A stretch of DNA of 64,000 bases from Desulfatiglandales bacterium (GCA_963667015.2 CAXXJJ010000004.1:1088001-1152000); one strand, 5' to 3'. Shown: positions 49,638 through 60,420, counted from the first letter of the stretch. Notes: generated by a model not told the origin, from the letters alone. Numbers and translations: made by a program.

Positions 49638-51068
49638 CTAAGCTGCAATCCCTGAAGACTCTATATCATTTTTTTGGACAGTTCCTAAACTCGAGGTCTC
49701 TTCCGATTTGATTTTTTGCTCCGAGTTTAATCTCCTCATTTCAAGTAAAACAGGAATCAGCATGCCCAGCACCAGAACAAAAGTCATAGAATCTGATATG
49801 GGGAAAGCCCACCATACACCGTCCAATCCTAAAAACCTCGGCAGAATCAGGATAGCCGGAATTAAAAACAAAACAGACCTGGTTACAGTTGATAGAAAAG
49901 CCGGCAGTGCTTTTCCGATAGACTGAAAAACCGTCGCCCCTATATTGATGAGACCAATCAGGTACATGACCAGGAAAACGAGCCTGGCTGCATGTGTTCC
50001 CAGGTCGATAAGTTCATTGTCATCTATAAAGATCCGGATGACGGTACCAGGGTTGAAATACACAGCCAGAAACACCAAAAGACCAATGGATGTTGCCGCA
50101 ATACCGCTTATTTTAATGACCCTTAAGACTCTGTCGAAACGTCGGGCGCCATAATTGAAGCCAACAATCGGTTGGATAGCCTGCCCGATTACGATTGAAG
50201 GCATGACGGCAAACATCATAGCCCTGTTAAGAACCCCCCAGGTCGCCAGTGCCAGGTCACCACCAAAAGCAATAACTGTTCGATTAACAACAATTGCAGA
50301 AGCGCTTCCGGACAGAACCATTGCACCCGCTGAGAAACCTATTATCAATATCTCCCGGGCTATTTTCCAATCCGGTTTCAGGTCCCTGAATGCAAAACTC
50401 AGCTCAGGTTTTCCAACAAAATAATAACTCATAAAGTAAATAACACCTACTATCTGTGAAATCACCGTCGCCCAGGCTGCTCCTTTGACTCCGCCATCAA
50501 GGAGGCCTATAAAAACCCAGTCTAAAGGGATATTCAACGCAGCACTCAGAACCATGCCAATCATGGGTACTTTCGCATTGCCGGCCGCCCTTATCAAAGA
50601 ACTCAGTGTAAAAGAGAATGTCATGAAAAACATGCCTATTAAAATGATATGGAGGTAATCCGCTGCGTATGACATGGTGGCTTCCGACGCACCCAGTAAA
50701 TGGCACCACAAGGGTACATTCGCCAGGCCAATGGCAGTCAAGACAACAGATAATACGAAAGTGATGGTAAAAGAGTTGCCAAGCGCCCGCTCAGCCTTGT
50801 ATTTCTGGTCTGCACCCAACAACCTCGATATCAGAGAAGAGCCTCCAACACCGGCCAACATTCCGACAAATAATGAAAGTATTTGAATCGGAAACACAAG
50901 TGTAAGGCCGCCTATCGCATCCCTGCCCACGTATTGTCCGATAAAGATTGTATCCACAACATTATATAAAGTATGGACTGCCATGGAGATGAAAGCAGGT
51001 ATTGCAAACATTATTAACAGCCGTCCTACACGGTCACTGTCCAGTGACTTTTTATCCATTTTTTTCAT
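49638..51068 (-). CDS. MATE family efflux transporter (MepA-like)
   Basis: LYNVVDTIFIGQ, NIPLDWVFI, QPIVGFNYGA; about 12 TM segments. Confidence 0.92.
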   Translation of the reverse strand: MKKMDKKSLDSDRVGRLLIMFAIPAFISMAVHTLYNVVDTIFIGQYVGRDAIGGLTLVFPIQILSLFVGMLAGVGGSSLISRLLGADQKYKAERALGNSFTITFVLSVVLTAIGLANVPLWCHLLGASEATMSYAADYLHIILIGMFFMTFSFTLSSLIRAAGNAKVPMIGMVLSAALNIPLDWVFIGLLDGGVKGAAWATVISQIVGVIYFMSYYFVGKPELSFAFRDLKPDWKIAREILIIGFSAGAMVLSGSASAIVVNRTVIAFGGDLALATWGVLNRAMMFAVMPSIVIGQAIQPIVGFNYGARRFDRVLRVIKISGIAATSIGLLVFLAVYFNPGTVIRIFIDDNELIDLGTHAARLVFLVMYLIGLINIGATVFQSIGKALPAFLSTVTRSVLFLIPAILILPRFLGLDGVWWAFPISDSMTFVLVLGMLIPVLLEMRRLNSEQKIKSEETSSLGTVQKNDIESSGIAA

Positions 51069-51118
51069 AAACTAAAAATCCTTACTATCTTTTAATATAC
51101 AGCACTGAAGTATGAGGC

Positions 51119-51580
51119 TTATGCCTGCATCATCTTTGGCAGAATATTTCTTATTTTATCCAGAGAGATTGACAAATCCTTGAGGTCATTTTCACTTAGA
51201 GATGCCAGGGCTTTTTCCAGGGCATCATCTATACTGTTAACCAGACAATCCAGATTTTGCTTTCCCGTGTCAGTCAGAGAAATTCTTGTAACTCTTCTAT
51301 CTTCTTGATCTGTTTCACGTTTAACCATTTCATTTTCAACCAGTTTATCGACAAGCTGCGTCATATGCGCTTTTGCCAGAACCAGACGTTTTCCAATTTC
51401 AAAAACCGGGAGACTGCCCTCTTCAGGCAGTAACATCATTATCTCAAAGTGAAGAGGCGTCAGGCTTACTTCAATATTTGCCAGGGTAACCTTGGTAAAT
51501 TTACTTCTGACTATCCTGGATGATAAAGCAGGAATGGAAAACAGATCAGCGCCTACTTTTTTAACCAGACTCTTTTGCAT
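51119..51580 (-). CDS. MarR family regulator
   Basis: MTQLVDKLVENEMVKRETDQEDRRVTRISLTDTG; near-palindrome TTCATATTATGAA at 51610-51622. Confidence 0.9.
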   Translation of the reverse strand: MQKSLVKKVGADLFSIPALSSRIVRSKFTKVTLANIEVSLTPLHFEIMMLLPEEGSLPVFEIGKRLVLAKAHMTQLVDKLVENEMVKRETDQEDRRVTRISLTDTGKQNLDCLVNSIDDALEKALASLSENDLKDLSISLDKIRNILPKMMQA

Positions 51581-51841
51581 TGAAAACTCCCATGCCAGTT
51601 AATCAATATTTCATATTATGAACAGTATACTTACTATACTATTTTAAAATAGGCAAATTCTTTTTTAAAAAAAGAGAAGAAAGGGCAATAACAGGAAAAA
51701 GAAATAAGAATGATATCTTCCTCGACCAACAATGAAAAGAGGCCGGCTGTGACTCTTATAATGCTACTAACAGCCACAGGCCGGCCCCAAAAAACAGTTT
51801 ATGAGAAATACTAGTTAATTAAACTGTAAAAGATTTCTCTA

Positions 51842-54397
51842 TTAGAAATCAAAGGTAACTGTAAGAGAATATGTCCTGGGTGCAATATAAGTACCCGAGG
51901 CATAACCAGTGTAAGGCTTACCTCCATACACGGCAAAATAGTCACCCAGATCGGTATAACTAATGCTTGCCAGGTGCTCGCTTCCAAATACGTTGTTGGC
52001 AGAGAGCCTTGCTGTCCATCTTGTGCCTTCAGGAACCCAGCGGCTTGAATTGTATGAAAGTGCTGCATCCATTGTCCAGTAGGCAGGTGTACGGGGCTTA
52101 TTATACTGGTTATCTGTAAACTTCAGCATTATCTGGGGCAGTGCCTTGCCATTATAGTAGGCAGTTGTATTAAAAGAAAGCATATCCATACCGATAAATT
52201 CTGTATGGTTATAGCCCACGTTAAAACGATAGGGAGCTTCTCCGAATCTCTCCCCGTCAAGGCTGTTGTAAAGTTCCGGATCCAACCGCGCATTATCTGC
52301 ATTAGGGTACTGTTCCAGAATAGCTGCACCTATATTATAATCCTTATACTCATTCTTTGTGTATGAGCCGTTGAACGTAAATGTATCCTTTGCAGTCATA
52401 AGATATATAACGTTCAGATTTGCACCCATCTGTTTTGCCCCGCCGGGTGATACATTGATAGAATTGGCATCCTGCTCGTCTACGTAATCCCATTTGCTAA
52501 TAGCTTGATCAATGCCGCCGGCATCTCTACCTTCTGGATCGGAACCAATATCATAACATACACCGTTGGGGCTTACTGCAGGAATCATAGAGCCTGGGTT
52601 ATTTGGATCTTCTACCATCGGCGCTGGTCCGTCAGCCGGATAGGCACAATAGACAGCTGTTGTCCACTTTGTATAGTTTTTGTAATCGTAAAAATATCCG
52701 GTACCATTAACCTGTAACCGGTTGTCCAGGAAACGCGTTTTAAAACCGAACTCATAATCATCCATCAGCTCAGGAGGGCTTATCCTACCACCGTAATTGA
52801 AATTTCCGGTCTTGTAACCCTTTGAATACTGTACAAAGGTCATAACGTCATCTGTTATAGCCCAGTTTAAATTTATCTTGTATACGTTTTCATTCCAGTC
52901 TACCTTTCGATAAGGTACATCAACATCAGAAGTTATATAATCGCCGTTATACTCCTTTTCATCCATAGCACGACGATAACCTAGTGACAGATTCCAGTTA
53001 TCAAAAATCTCATATGCTGCCTGCGCAAAAAGACCGTATGATCTGGTTTTTATGTTAACCCAGTAGTTGGCGCCAAGATCATTAATTTCGTCTGTTTCAT
53101 CATCCTGCCCCATAGCGCCAACAACCCACTCATATTTGCTTCCATTGTTTATGGTTTCCTTTGAAAGCAGACGCACTTCCAGAGAATCAGTTTCGCCCTT
53201 TGAGACAGAATGTGAATACAGATATGGCTCCCGAGTAAGCATTCCAACATAGGTAATTACCCTTCGACCATACTCATCCAATGGGCTTTTCGTGATTGCA
53301 GTCGTCCCATCGTCAAGAGTAGCAAAGGGAGAAAGCATTGCATAACCATACATATATGCCAACTCTTCTTCCAGTTCACGATGACCATAAAGAGCCACTC
53401 CATATCCGAAGGAAAATTCTCTTTCCCACTGAGCCATATAACCTGATGAATGATTAAAAACCCCGCCTTGACTTAAAGTATTCCCCTTGTACCATCTGGT
53501 CTTGTATGGAAGTTCTAAAACAGTAGTATTTTCTGTTGTCCATGGGGAAATAGGCAGTATCTCAACTCCTCCGAATGTTGAAAAGTAAGAACCGCTGTTG
53601 CCATAACCATTGGAGTCAGATTTTTCCCTGTCATATGTCAGGGTAATAGTATCTTTATCAGTAGGCTCCCATGTCATAGATATTCGGCCGCTTTTGTTTT
53701 CACTTGAACCGTCTCCTGCATCACTGTAGCCGCCTTTTCTTATCCAGCGACCGGCAACACGGAAAGCCAGCTTATCCATGGCAGGAATATTTAAGGCACC
53801 CTCTCCTCTTCGAAGATTATAATTACCCTCTTCATAAGTGAGGTGACCGCCAAATTCACCAAGAATTGGCTTCTGGCTCGTAATATTCATACTTCCGGCT
53901 GTTGATCCGCGGCCATAAAGAGTGCCCTGGGGGCCTTTAAGGACTTCAACTCTCTGAAGGTCAAAAAACAGATTGTCAAATCCGTTTGCCCTGGTAAGCT
54001 GGACACCATCTATGTGCACAGCGGTTGTTGTTTCATGGATGGGGTTCCACAATGTATCTGCTGCGCCACCCACACCGCGAATACTGATCATTACCTGGTT
54101 ACCCGTCTGTGTACTGGTGTTTAAATCGGGAATTACCTTCTTAAGGTCATATACCGAATATACACCCGAACGGTCCATATCATCCGGCCTTACTACAGTT
54201 ATATCCATAGGCACTTTCTGTAATTGGGCCTCTCTTTTTTCTGCTGTTACAGTGATTTCCTCGAGTGTAAACTCTTCTTCCTCATCTTCACCTTCCTGGG
54301 CAAACAAATCGCTTGAAGTACTCATCAATAAAACGATGAACAGAATAAAGCATGAAATAATACATTTTTTAAGACATAAATCAATTTTAATGCTCAT
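51842..54397 (-). CDS. TonB-dependent receptor, copy 1
   Basis: LEEITVTAEKRE, RVEVLKGPQGTLYGRGSTAG, C-terminal PRTYSLTVTFDF; RBS GGAGG before 54397. Confidence 0.93.
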   Translation of the reverse strand: MSIKIDLCLKKCIISCFILFIVLLMSTSSDLFAQEGEDEEEEFTLEEITVTAEKREAQLQKVPMDITVVRPDDMDRSGVYSVYDLKKVIPDLNTSTQTGNQVMISIRGVGGAADTLWNPIHETTTAVHIDGVQLTRANGFDNLFFDLQRVEVLKGPQGTLYGRGSTAGSMNITSQKPILGEFGGHLTYEEGNYNLRRGEGALNIPAMDKLAFRVAGRWIRKGGYSDAGDGSSENKSGRISMTWEPTDKDTITLTYDREKSDSNGYGNSGSYFSTFGGVEILPISPWTTENTTVLELPYKTRWYKGNTLSQGGVFNHSSGYMAQWEREFSFGYGVALYGHRELEEELAYMYGYAMLSPFATLDDGTTAITKSPLDEYGRRVITYVGMLTREPYLYSHSVSKGETDSLEVRLLSKETINNGSKYEWVVGAMGQDDETDEINDLGANYWVNIKTRSYGLFAQAAYEIFDNWNLSLGYRRAMDEKEYNGDYITSDVDVPYRKVDWNENVYKINLNWAITDDVMTFVQYSKGYKTGNFNYGGRISPPELMDDYEFGFKTRFLDNRLQVNGTGYFYDYKNYTKWTTAVYCAYPADGPAPMVEDPNNPGSMIPAVSPNGVCYDIGSDPEGRDAGGIDQAISKWDYVDEQDANSINVSPGGAKQMGANLNVIYLMTAKDTFTFNGSYTKNEYKDYNIGAAILEQYPNADNARLDPELYNSLDGERFGEAPYRFNVGYNHTEFIGMDMLSFNTTAYYNGKALPQIMLKFTDNQYNKPRTPAYWTMDAALSYNSSRWVPEGTRWTARLSANNVFGSEHLASISYTDLGDYFAVYGGKPYTGYASGTYIAPRTYSLTVTFDF

Positions 54398-54846
54398 GAA
54401 ATTCCTCCATTTAATAAAATTAATAGATGTAAAATGCAAACATTCCCCTTCCAAAAAACCCAATGAAATAATGCCTTAAGCTGAATGGCAATATTCATTA
54501 CAAAATACACCTTCGAACAGGACGCATTAAGCATAATTTGTCCTTAACGAGGGTATAATTTCAGAAAATTGATGAAGAAGTGTCTAAAGATTTGTTGATA
54601 TTTGGTCGCTTTTAGAAAATCCCAGCAACTATAATGTTGAAGAGAGAAAGTCTGTAAAGCTTAAATCCATAAATCAATGAATCAATAGCACAATTTCGCT
54701 TAGATCGAACTGTCCTCTTCCAAATTACAGGACTTCAACATTAACTTGGTACGCCTCATATGGCGGGGTTAATAAACCCAGTGCCTAGCCTCTTTTAAAT
54801 CTAAGCAATGTTTACCTTTTAAGATTAATTAAAATAAAAATCAAGG
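54398..54846 (-). ncRNA. Candidate structured 5' leader RNA, copy 1
   Basis: Multi-hairpin domain 54696-54808 and hairpin 54506-54557 conserved with copy 2, with a compensatory change. Confidence 0.55.
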
Positions 54847-55133
54847 TATATTTTGTATAAGCGACCATCTCATACAAGGGTACATACAATTTATATTTAT
54901 GCTTTTTTATTTATTTTTACTTTAATCTAGCTAAATAAATTTAATTAAAGCAATAAAGGAGAGGTGATATTTAAAAAAAATAACAGGAAAGTTGAAATTA
55001 AAACGACATATTTAATAATAATTAAAGAAGGACCGGTCTTGTGACTATAATAATGCACCGAATGGCCAAAGACCAGTCCTAAAAAACAGTTTATGAGAAA
55101 TACAAGTTCATTAAACTGTCAAAGATTTACCTA

Positions 55134-57689
55134 CTAGAAATCAAAGGTAACTGTAAGAGAATATGTCCTGGGTGCAATATAAGTACCCGAGGCATAACCA
55201 GTGTAAGGCTTACCTCCATACACGGCAAAATAGTCACCCAGATCGGTATAACTAATGCTTGCCAGGTGCTCGCTTCCAAATACGTTGTTGGCAGAGAGCC
55301 TTGCTGTCCATCTTGTGCCTTCAGGAACCCAGCGGCTTGAATTGTATGAAAGTGCTGCATCCATTGTCCAGTAGGCAGGTGTACGGGGCTTATTATACTG
55401 GTTATCTGTAAACTTCAGCATTATCTGGGGCAGTGCCTTGCCATTATAGTAGGCAGTTGTATTAAAAGAAAGCATATCCATACCGATAAATTCTGTATGG
55501 TTATAGCCCACGTTAAAACGATAGGGAGCTTCTCCGAATCTCTCCCCGTCAAGGCTGTTGTAAAGTTCCGGATCCAACCGCGCATTATCTGCATTAGGGT
55601 ACTGTTCAAGAATAGCTGCAGCAATATTATAATCCTTATACTCATTCTTTGTGTATGAGCCGTTGAACGTAAATGTATCCTTTGCGGTCATAAGATATAT
55701 AACGTTCAGGTTTGCACCCATCTGTTTTGCCCCGCCGGGTGATACATTGATAGAATTGGCATCCTTCTCGTCTATGTAATCCCATTTGCTAATAGCTTGA
55801 TCAATGCCGCCGGCATTCCTACCTTCCGGATCGGAAGCTATATCATAACATACACCGTTGGGGCTTACTGCAGGAATCATAGAGCCTGGGTTATCCGGAT
55901 CTTCTACCATGGGCGCTGGTCCGTCAGCCGGATATGCACAATAGACAGCTGTTGTCCACTTTGTATAGTTTTTGTAATCGTAAAAATATCCGGTACCATT
56001 AACCTGTAACCGGTTGTCCAGGAAACGCGTTTTAAAACCGAACTCATAATCATCCATCAGCTCAGGAGGGCTTATCCTACCACCGTAATTGAAATTTCCG
56101 GTCTTGTAACCCTTTGAATACTGTACAAAGGTCATAACGTCATCTGTTATAGCCCAGTTTAAATTTATCTTGTATACGTTTTCATTCCAGTCTGCTTTTC
56201 GATAAGGTACATCAACATCAGAAGTTATATAATCGCCGTTATACTCCTTTTCATCCATGGCACGACGATAACCTAGTGACAGATTCCAGTTATCGAGAAT
56301 CTCATATGCGACCTGCCCAAAAAGACCGTATGATCTGGTTTTTATGTTAACCCAGTAGTTGGCGCCAAGATCATTAATTTCGTCTGTTTCATCATCCTGC
56401 CCCATAGCGCCAACAACCCACTCATATCTGTCTCCATTGTTTATGGTCTCCTTTGAAAGCAGACGCACTTCCAGAGAATCAGTTTCGCCCTTTGAGATAG
56501 AATGTGAATACAGATATGGCTCCTGGGTCAGCATTCCAAGATACTTAATTACCCTATTGCCATCCTCATCCACTGGGTTTTTCGTTATTGCAAGCGTCCC
56601 ATCATCAAGAGTGGCAAAGGGAGAAAGTATTGCATAACCATACATATATGCCAACTCTTCATTCAGTTTACGATGCCCGTAAATAGCCACTCCATATCCG
56701 AAGGAAAATTCTCTTTCCCACTGAGCCATATAACCTGATGAATGATTAAAAACCCCGCCTTCATCCAAAAGATTCCCCTTGTACCATCTGGTCTTGTATG
56801 GAAGCTCTAAAACAGTAGTATTTTCTGTTGTCCATGGGGAAAAAGGCAGTATCTCAAGTCCTCCGAATGTTGAAGAGTAAGAACCGCTGTTGCCATAACC
56901 ATTGGAGTCAGATTTTTCCCTGTCGTATGTCAGGGTAATAGTATCTTTATCAGTAGGCTCCCATGTCATAGATATTCGGCCGCTTTTGTTTTCACTTGAA
57001 CCGTCTCCTGCATCACTGTAGCCGCCTTTTCTTATCCAGCGACCGGCAACACGGAAAGCCAGCTTATCCATGGCAGGAATATTTAAGGCACCCTCTCCTC
57101 TTCGAAGATTATAATTACCCTCTTCATAAGTGAGGTGACCGCCAAATTCACCAAGAATTGGCTTCTGGCTCGTAATATTCATACTTCCGGCTGTTGATCC
57201 GCGGCCATAAAGAGTGCCCTGGGGGCCTTTAAGGACTTCAACTCTCTGAAGGTCAAAAAACAGATTGTCAAATCCGTTTGCCCTGGTAAGCTGGACACCA
57301 TCTATGTGCACAGCGGTTGTTGTTTCATGGATGGGGTTCCACAATGTATCTGCTGCGCCACCCACACCGCGAATACTGATCATTACCTGGTTACCCGTCT
57401 GTGTACTGGTGTTTAAATCGGGAATTACCTTCTTAAGGTCATATACCGAATATACACCCGAACGGTCCATATCATCCGGCCTTACTACAGTTATATCCAT
57501 AGGCACTTTCTGTAATTGGGCCTCTCTTTTTTCTGCTGTTACAGTGATTTCCTCGAGTGTAAACTCTTCTTCCTCATCTTCACCATCCTGGGCAAACAAA
57601 TCGCTTGCAGTGCTCATAAAAAAAACGATGAGCAGAGCAAAGCATGAAAAAATACTTTTTTTACGCCATAATCCGATTTTAATGCTCAT
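55134..57689 (-). CDS. TonB-dependent receptor, copy 2
   Basis: Same motifs as copy 1, near-identical sequence. Confidence 0.93.
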   Translation of the reverse strand: MSIKIGLWRKKSIFSCFALLIVFFMSTASDLFAQDGEDEEEEFTLEEITVTAEKREAQLQKVPMDITVVRPDDMDRSGVYSVYDLKKVIPDLNTSTQTGNQVMISIRGVGGAADTLWNPIHETTTAVHIDGVQLTRANGFDNLFFDLQRVEVLKGPQGTLYGRGSTAGSMNITSQKPILGEFGGHLTYEEGNYNLRRGEGALNIPAMDKLAFRVAGRWIRKGGYSDAGDGSSENKSGRISMTWEPTDKDTITLTYDREKSDSNGYGNSGSYSSTFGGLEILPFSPWTTENTTVLELPYKTRWYKGNLLDEGGVFNHSSGYMAQWEREFSFGYGVAIYGHRKLNEELAYMYGYAILSPFATLDDGTLAITKNPVDEDGNRVIKYLGMLTQEPYLYSHSISKGETDSLEVRLLSKETINNGDRYEWVVGAMGQDDETDEINDLGANYWVNIKTRSYGLFGQVAYEILDNWNLSLGYRRAMDEKEYNGDYITSDVDVPYRKADWNENVYKINLNWAITDDVMTFVQYSKGYKTGNFNYGGRISPPELMDDYEFGFKTRFLDNRLQVNGTGYFYDYKNYTKWTTAVYCAYPADGPAPMVEDPDNPGSMIPAVSPNGVCYDIASDPEGRNAGGIDQAISKWDYIDEKDANSINVSPGGAKQMGANLNVIYLMTAKDTFTFNGSYTKNEYKDYNIAAAILEQYPNADNARLDPELYNSLDGERFGEAPYRFNVGYNHTEFIGMDMLSFNTTAYYNGKALPQIMLKFTDNQYNKPRTPAYWTMDAALSYNSSRWVPEGTRWTARLSANNVFGSEHLASISYTDLGDYFAVYGGKPYTGYASGTYIAPRTYSLTVTFDF

Positions 57690-58136
57690 GAAACTCCTCC
57701 ATTTAAAAAAATAATAGATGTAAAATGCAAACATTCCCCTTACAAAAACCCAAAGAAATAATGCCTTAAGCTGAAAGGCAATATTCATTACAAAATACAC
57801 CAGCGAACAGGACGCATAAGCATACTTCGTCCTTAACGACGGTATAATTTCTGATAAATTATGCCTGACTAACTATGATTTGTTGATATTTGGTTGCAAT
57901 AGAAAATCTCAGCAACAAGGTAGTTGAAGAGGAAAATCTGTAAAGCTTAAGACCATAAATCAATGAATCAATAGCACATTTTATTTTGCTTAGAGCGAAC
58001 TGCCCTGATCTGTATTTCAGGGCTCCATCACGAACTTGGTACGCCACATGTGGCGGGGTTAATAAACCCAGTGCATAGCATCAGTATAATCTAAGCAATG
58101 TTATTCTTTTAAGATTAATCGAAATAAAAATCAAGG
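57690..58136 (-). ncRNA. Candidate structured 5' leader RNA, copy 2
   Basis: Domain 57986-58098 closed by TTGCTTAGA/TCTAAGCAA; hairpin 57796-57846. Confidence 0.55.
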
Positions 58137-58389
58137 TTTATTTTGCACAAAACGATCATTTTTTTAAAAACTACGATTATCTAATACGTTTGCTTGTGAA
58201 TAGCAGAACTTATGGCCACATTCAGACAAATTTAGACTCACCTTTTCATTTCCATACCAAGCCGGATGAGGATACTGCGATATAATTTGTTATTTATAAT
58301 CAGCGGTGTTAAAAAGCCTTTTTTTAACCTGATAAACAGCATTTTATTTTATCAATGGTTCTGATAATAACCTGTCAGTGTGAGTAAAT

Positions 58390-58743
58390 ATGAATCGCAT
58401 TTTTATTACAGTGGCGCTGCTTTGCTGCAGTAATATCTTTATGACTTTTGCCTGGTATGGGCACCTTAAAAACCTTAATCATAAACCATGGATAATCGCC
58501 GCACTGATAAGCTGGGGAATCGCTTTATTTGAATACCTGCTGCAGGTCCCGGCAAATAGAATCGGTCACTCGGCATTGTCAGTAGGGCAATTAAAAATAT
58601 TGCAGGAAGTAATTACTTTATTGGTATTTGTCCCTTTCTCTGCCATTTTTTTAAGAGAAAAGATGACACTGGACTACTTATGGGCAGGGATATGCCTGAT
58701 GGGGGCAGTGTTTTTTATTTTTCGAAGCAGGATATTCGGATAA
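58390..58743 (+). CDS. DMT family small membrane protein (DUF486-like)
   Basis: SNIFMTFAWYGHLK, SWGIALFEYLLQVPANRIG, QLKILQEVITL. Confidence 0.9.
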   Translation: MNRIFITVALLCCSNIFMTFAWYGHLKNLNHKPWIIAALISWGIALFEYLLQVPANRIGHSALSVGQLKILQEVITLLVFVPFSAIFLREKMTLDYLWAGICLMGAVFFIFRSRIFG

Positions 58744-58789
58744 AACAGGGTACAGTAAATATATCCGCACCCTGTATAATACATATATT

Positions 58790-59665
58790 CTACTGACTCA
58801 TTTCACCATAGATAGTATCTACGAGTGAAGGCCACCTGCTTTGACCTGCGGGGATTCCGAATGCCTTTTTAATATCATCAAGGCTCTTTCCGGCCTTGAC
58901 CATTGCTTCTACTTTTTCACGTTTCTCCATTATGGACTTTTTGAGGTTTTCAATGTCCGCCTTTTCTACGGGTTCGGCATGACCGCTCAGATACTTATCA
59001 GCATTCAGATCAGCTATCTTTTGAAGCACATTTACAAACCCGGAAGATGAACCGTTTTTATGCTTGTGAATAAGAGGATCCATTCCCTTAAAAAAGAGGT
59101 CGCCTGTAACAGCAACCCTGTCTCCTGGAATATATATGGCTATATTACCATCAGTGTGTGCCGGTCCGAAATAGAAAAGGTTCATCTCCAGATCCCCATC
59201 AGTAATATTCATTTGATCAATAAAGGTAATATTGGGCACTGCAATCTTAACATCTCCGGCCTCATTGGCCTTTACAATATCCTCAGCGGAATTTTTATGG
59301 GCTATGATATCGATACCGCGTGGAAATCCGGGAATTCCATTAACATGGTCTCCATCACTGTGGGTCAGGATGAGATACTTTATGGGTTTATCAGTTACGT
59401 TTCTGATTGCATCGAGCATATCTTTTGCTGACGGCTCAGTCATCTTGGCGTCGATCACATAGACCCCACCGGCTCCTGTTATAAAAGCACAATTGGCCCC
59501 TGCCCCTCCCTGAACATCATATACATGTTTACTTACCTGATGAATACTGACAGGAGCTTGCGGCTGCCTGTATTGGGGAGGCTGCTTTTTCTGCTGCCCA
59601 TAAGCCGGAAGCATAAATATTAAAAGGAAGATCCATAAAAGGGAGATTACTTTGTATTTTTTCAT
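58790..59665 (-). CDS. Exported MBL-fold metallo-hydrolase (cyclase-like)
   Basis: Signal peptide; THSDGDHVNG, AHTDGN, TGDL, SGH. Confidence 0.88.
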   Translation of the reverse strand: MKKYKVISLLWIFLLIFMLPAYGQQKKQPPQYRQPQAPVSIHQVSKHVYDVQGGAGANCAFITGAGGVYVIDAKMTEPSAKDMLDAIRNVTDKPIKYLILTHSDGDHVNGIPGFPRGIDIIAHKNSAEDIVKANEAGDVKIAVPNITFIDQMNITDGDLEMNLFYFGPAHTDGNIAIYIPGDRVAVTGDLFFKGMDPLIHKHKNGSSSGFVNVLQKIADLNADKYLSGHAEPVEKADIENLKKSIMEKREKVEAMVKAGKSLDDIKKAFGIPAGQSRWPSLVDTIYGEMSQ

Positions 59666-59789
59666 TGTCTACACCCTCCGTTTCGGAAAACTAGGATATT
59701 AATTATTAGTATATAAATTCAGGACAAGCTGCTAATTCAGGATAAAGGGATTATAAACTCATTAATAAAAAATTCAAATATCATTTATT

Positions 59790-60173
59790 CGACTGGAGGG
59801 GACGGTTGTCGGGTCATTATGTGTAGTTGATACTGTAAAACGAAACTATTCACAGATTGAAATGGATATCCTTGAAGCCTTTTCAAAGGCTGTCGCCCTG
59901 GAGGAGGAACGAAAACTATCCCAGGACAGGCTTACTTTATCAAATGAAGAACTTGTCAGGAAAAACAATGAAATTGAAGCTGCCTTAGCCAAGGTTAAAA
60001 CACTCAGCGGATTGTTGCCCATATGTTCCTCCTGCAAAAGAATCCGTGATGACAAAGGCTACTGGAATCAGATTGAAATCTATATTCGTGATCATTCCGA
60101 AGCAGAGTTCAGTCATTGTATGTGTCAGGAGTGTGCGGAAAAACTTTACCCCAATCTCCTTAAAAAGAGATAA
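59790..60173 (+). pseudogene. Remnant of GAF/sensor protein with Cys-rich 'LLPICSSCKRIRDDKGYW' C-terminal module
   Basis: Upstream out-of-frame GTVVGSLCVVDT; ORF 59862-60173 holds coiled coil plus CxxC...HxxCxxC module. Confidence 0.6.
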
Positions 60174-60420
60174 AAAAATTCCCGCATAGATAGCCTGCGA
60201 ATTCAAAGAAGAGTTTTTTATCAGGTTTTATATCTGAGCTCCTCTATTTCGAGCATAATATCTATAAAGCTTTCAATTCAATCCTGCTTTACTGATTAAC
60301 TGATTTAAAAAAAATGGCTTCCCAAATCCACAAAAATTATGTTTGGATCTCTAACAAATCGCGGAGTGACAAAGTAAGAGCAGAAATTAATCTCTATCCT
60401 GGTAAGCACCCTCACCCATA

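Larger units (their letters stand above)
51740..58136 (-). repeat. Tandem duplication (unit ~3.29 kb) of a TonB-dependent receptor gene with leader and trailer
   Basis: Starts 54397/57689 and stops 51842/55134 are both offset by 3292 bp; flanks are alignable. Confidence 0.95.

Noticed and set aside
54398..54846. Cobalamin or TPP riboswitch upstream of the TBDR
   Set aside because: Could not find a B12 box or the TPP CUGAGA/ACCUG core by eye; an Rfam scan is still needed
57690..57800. Extended N-termini of the TBDR ORFs (57800 and 54463) in the ORF track
   Set aside because: GGAGG RBS and matching signal peptides place the starts at 57689 and 54397
13289..59462. Numerous 60-230 aa antisense or alternate-frame ORFs inside long genes (e.g. 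14511-15200, 16210-16779, 38689-39261, 53973-54479)
   Set aside because: Shadow ORFs of well-supported genes with no recognisable motifs
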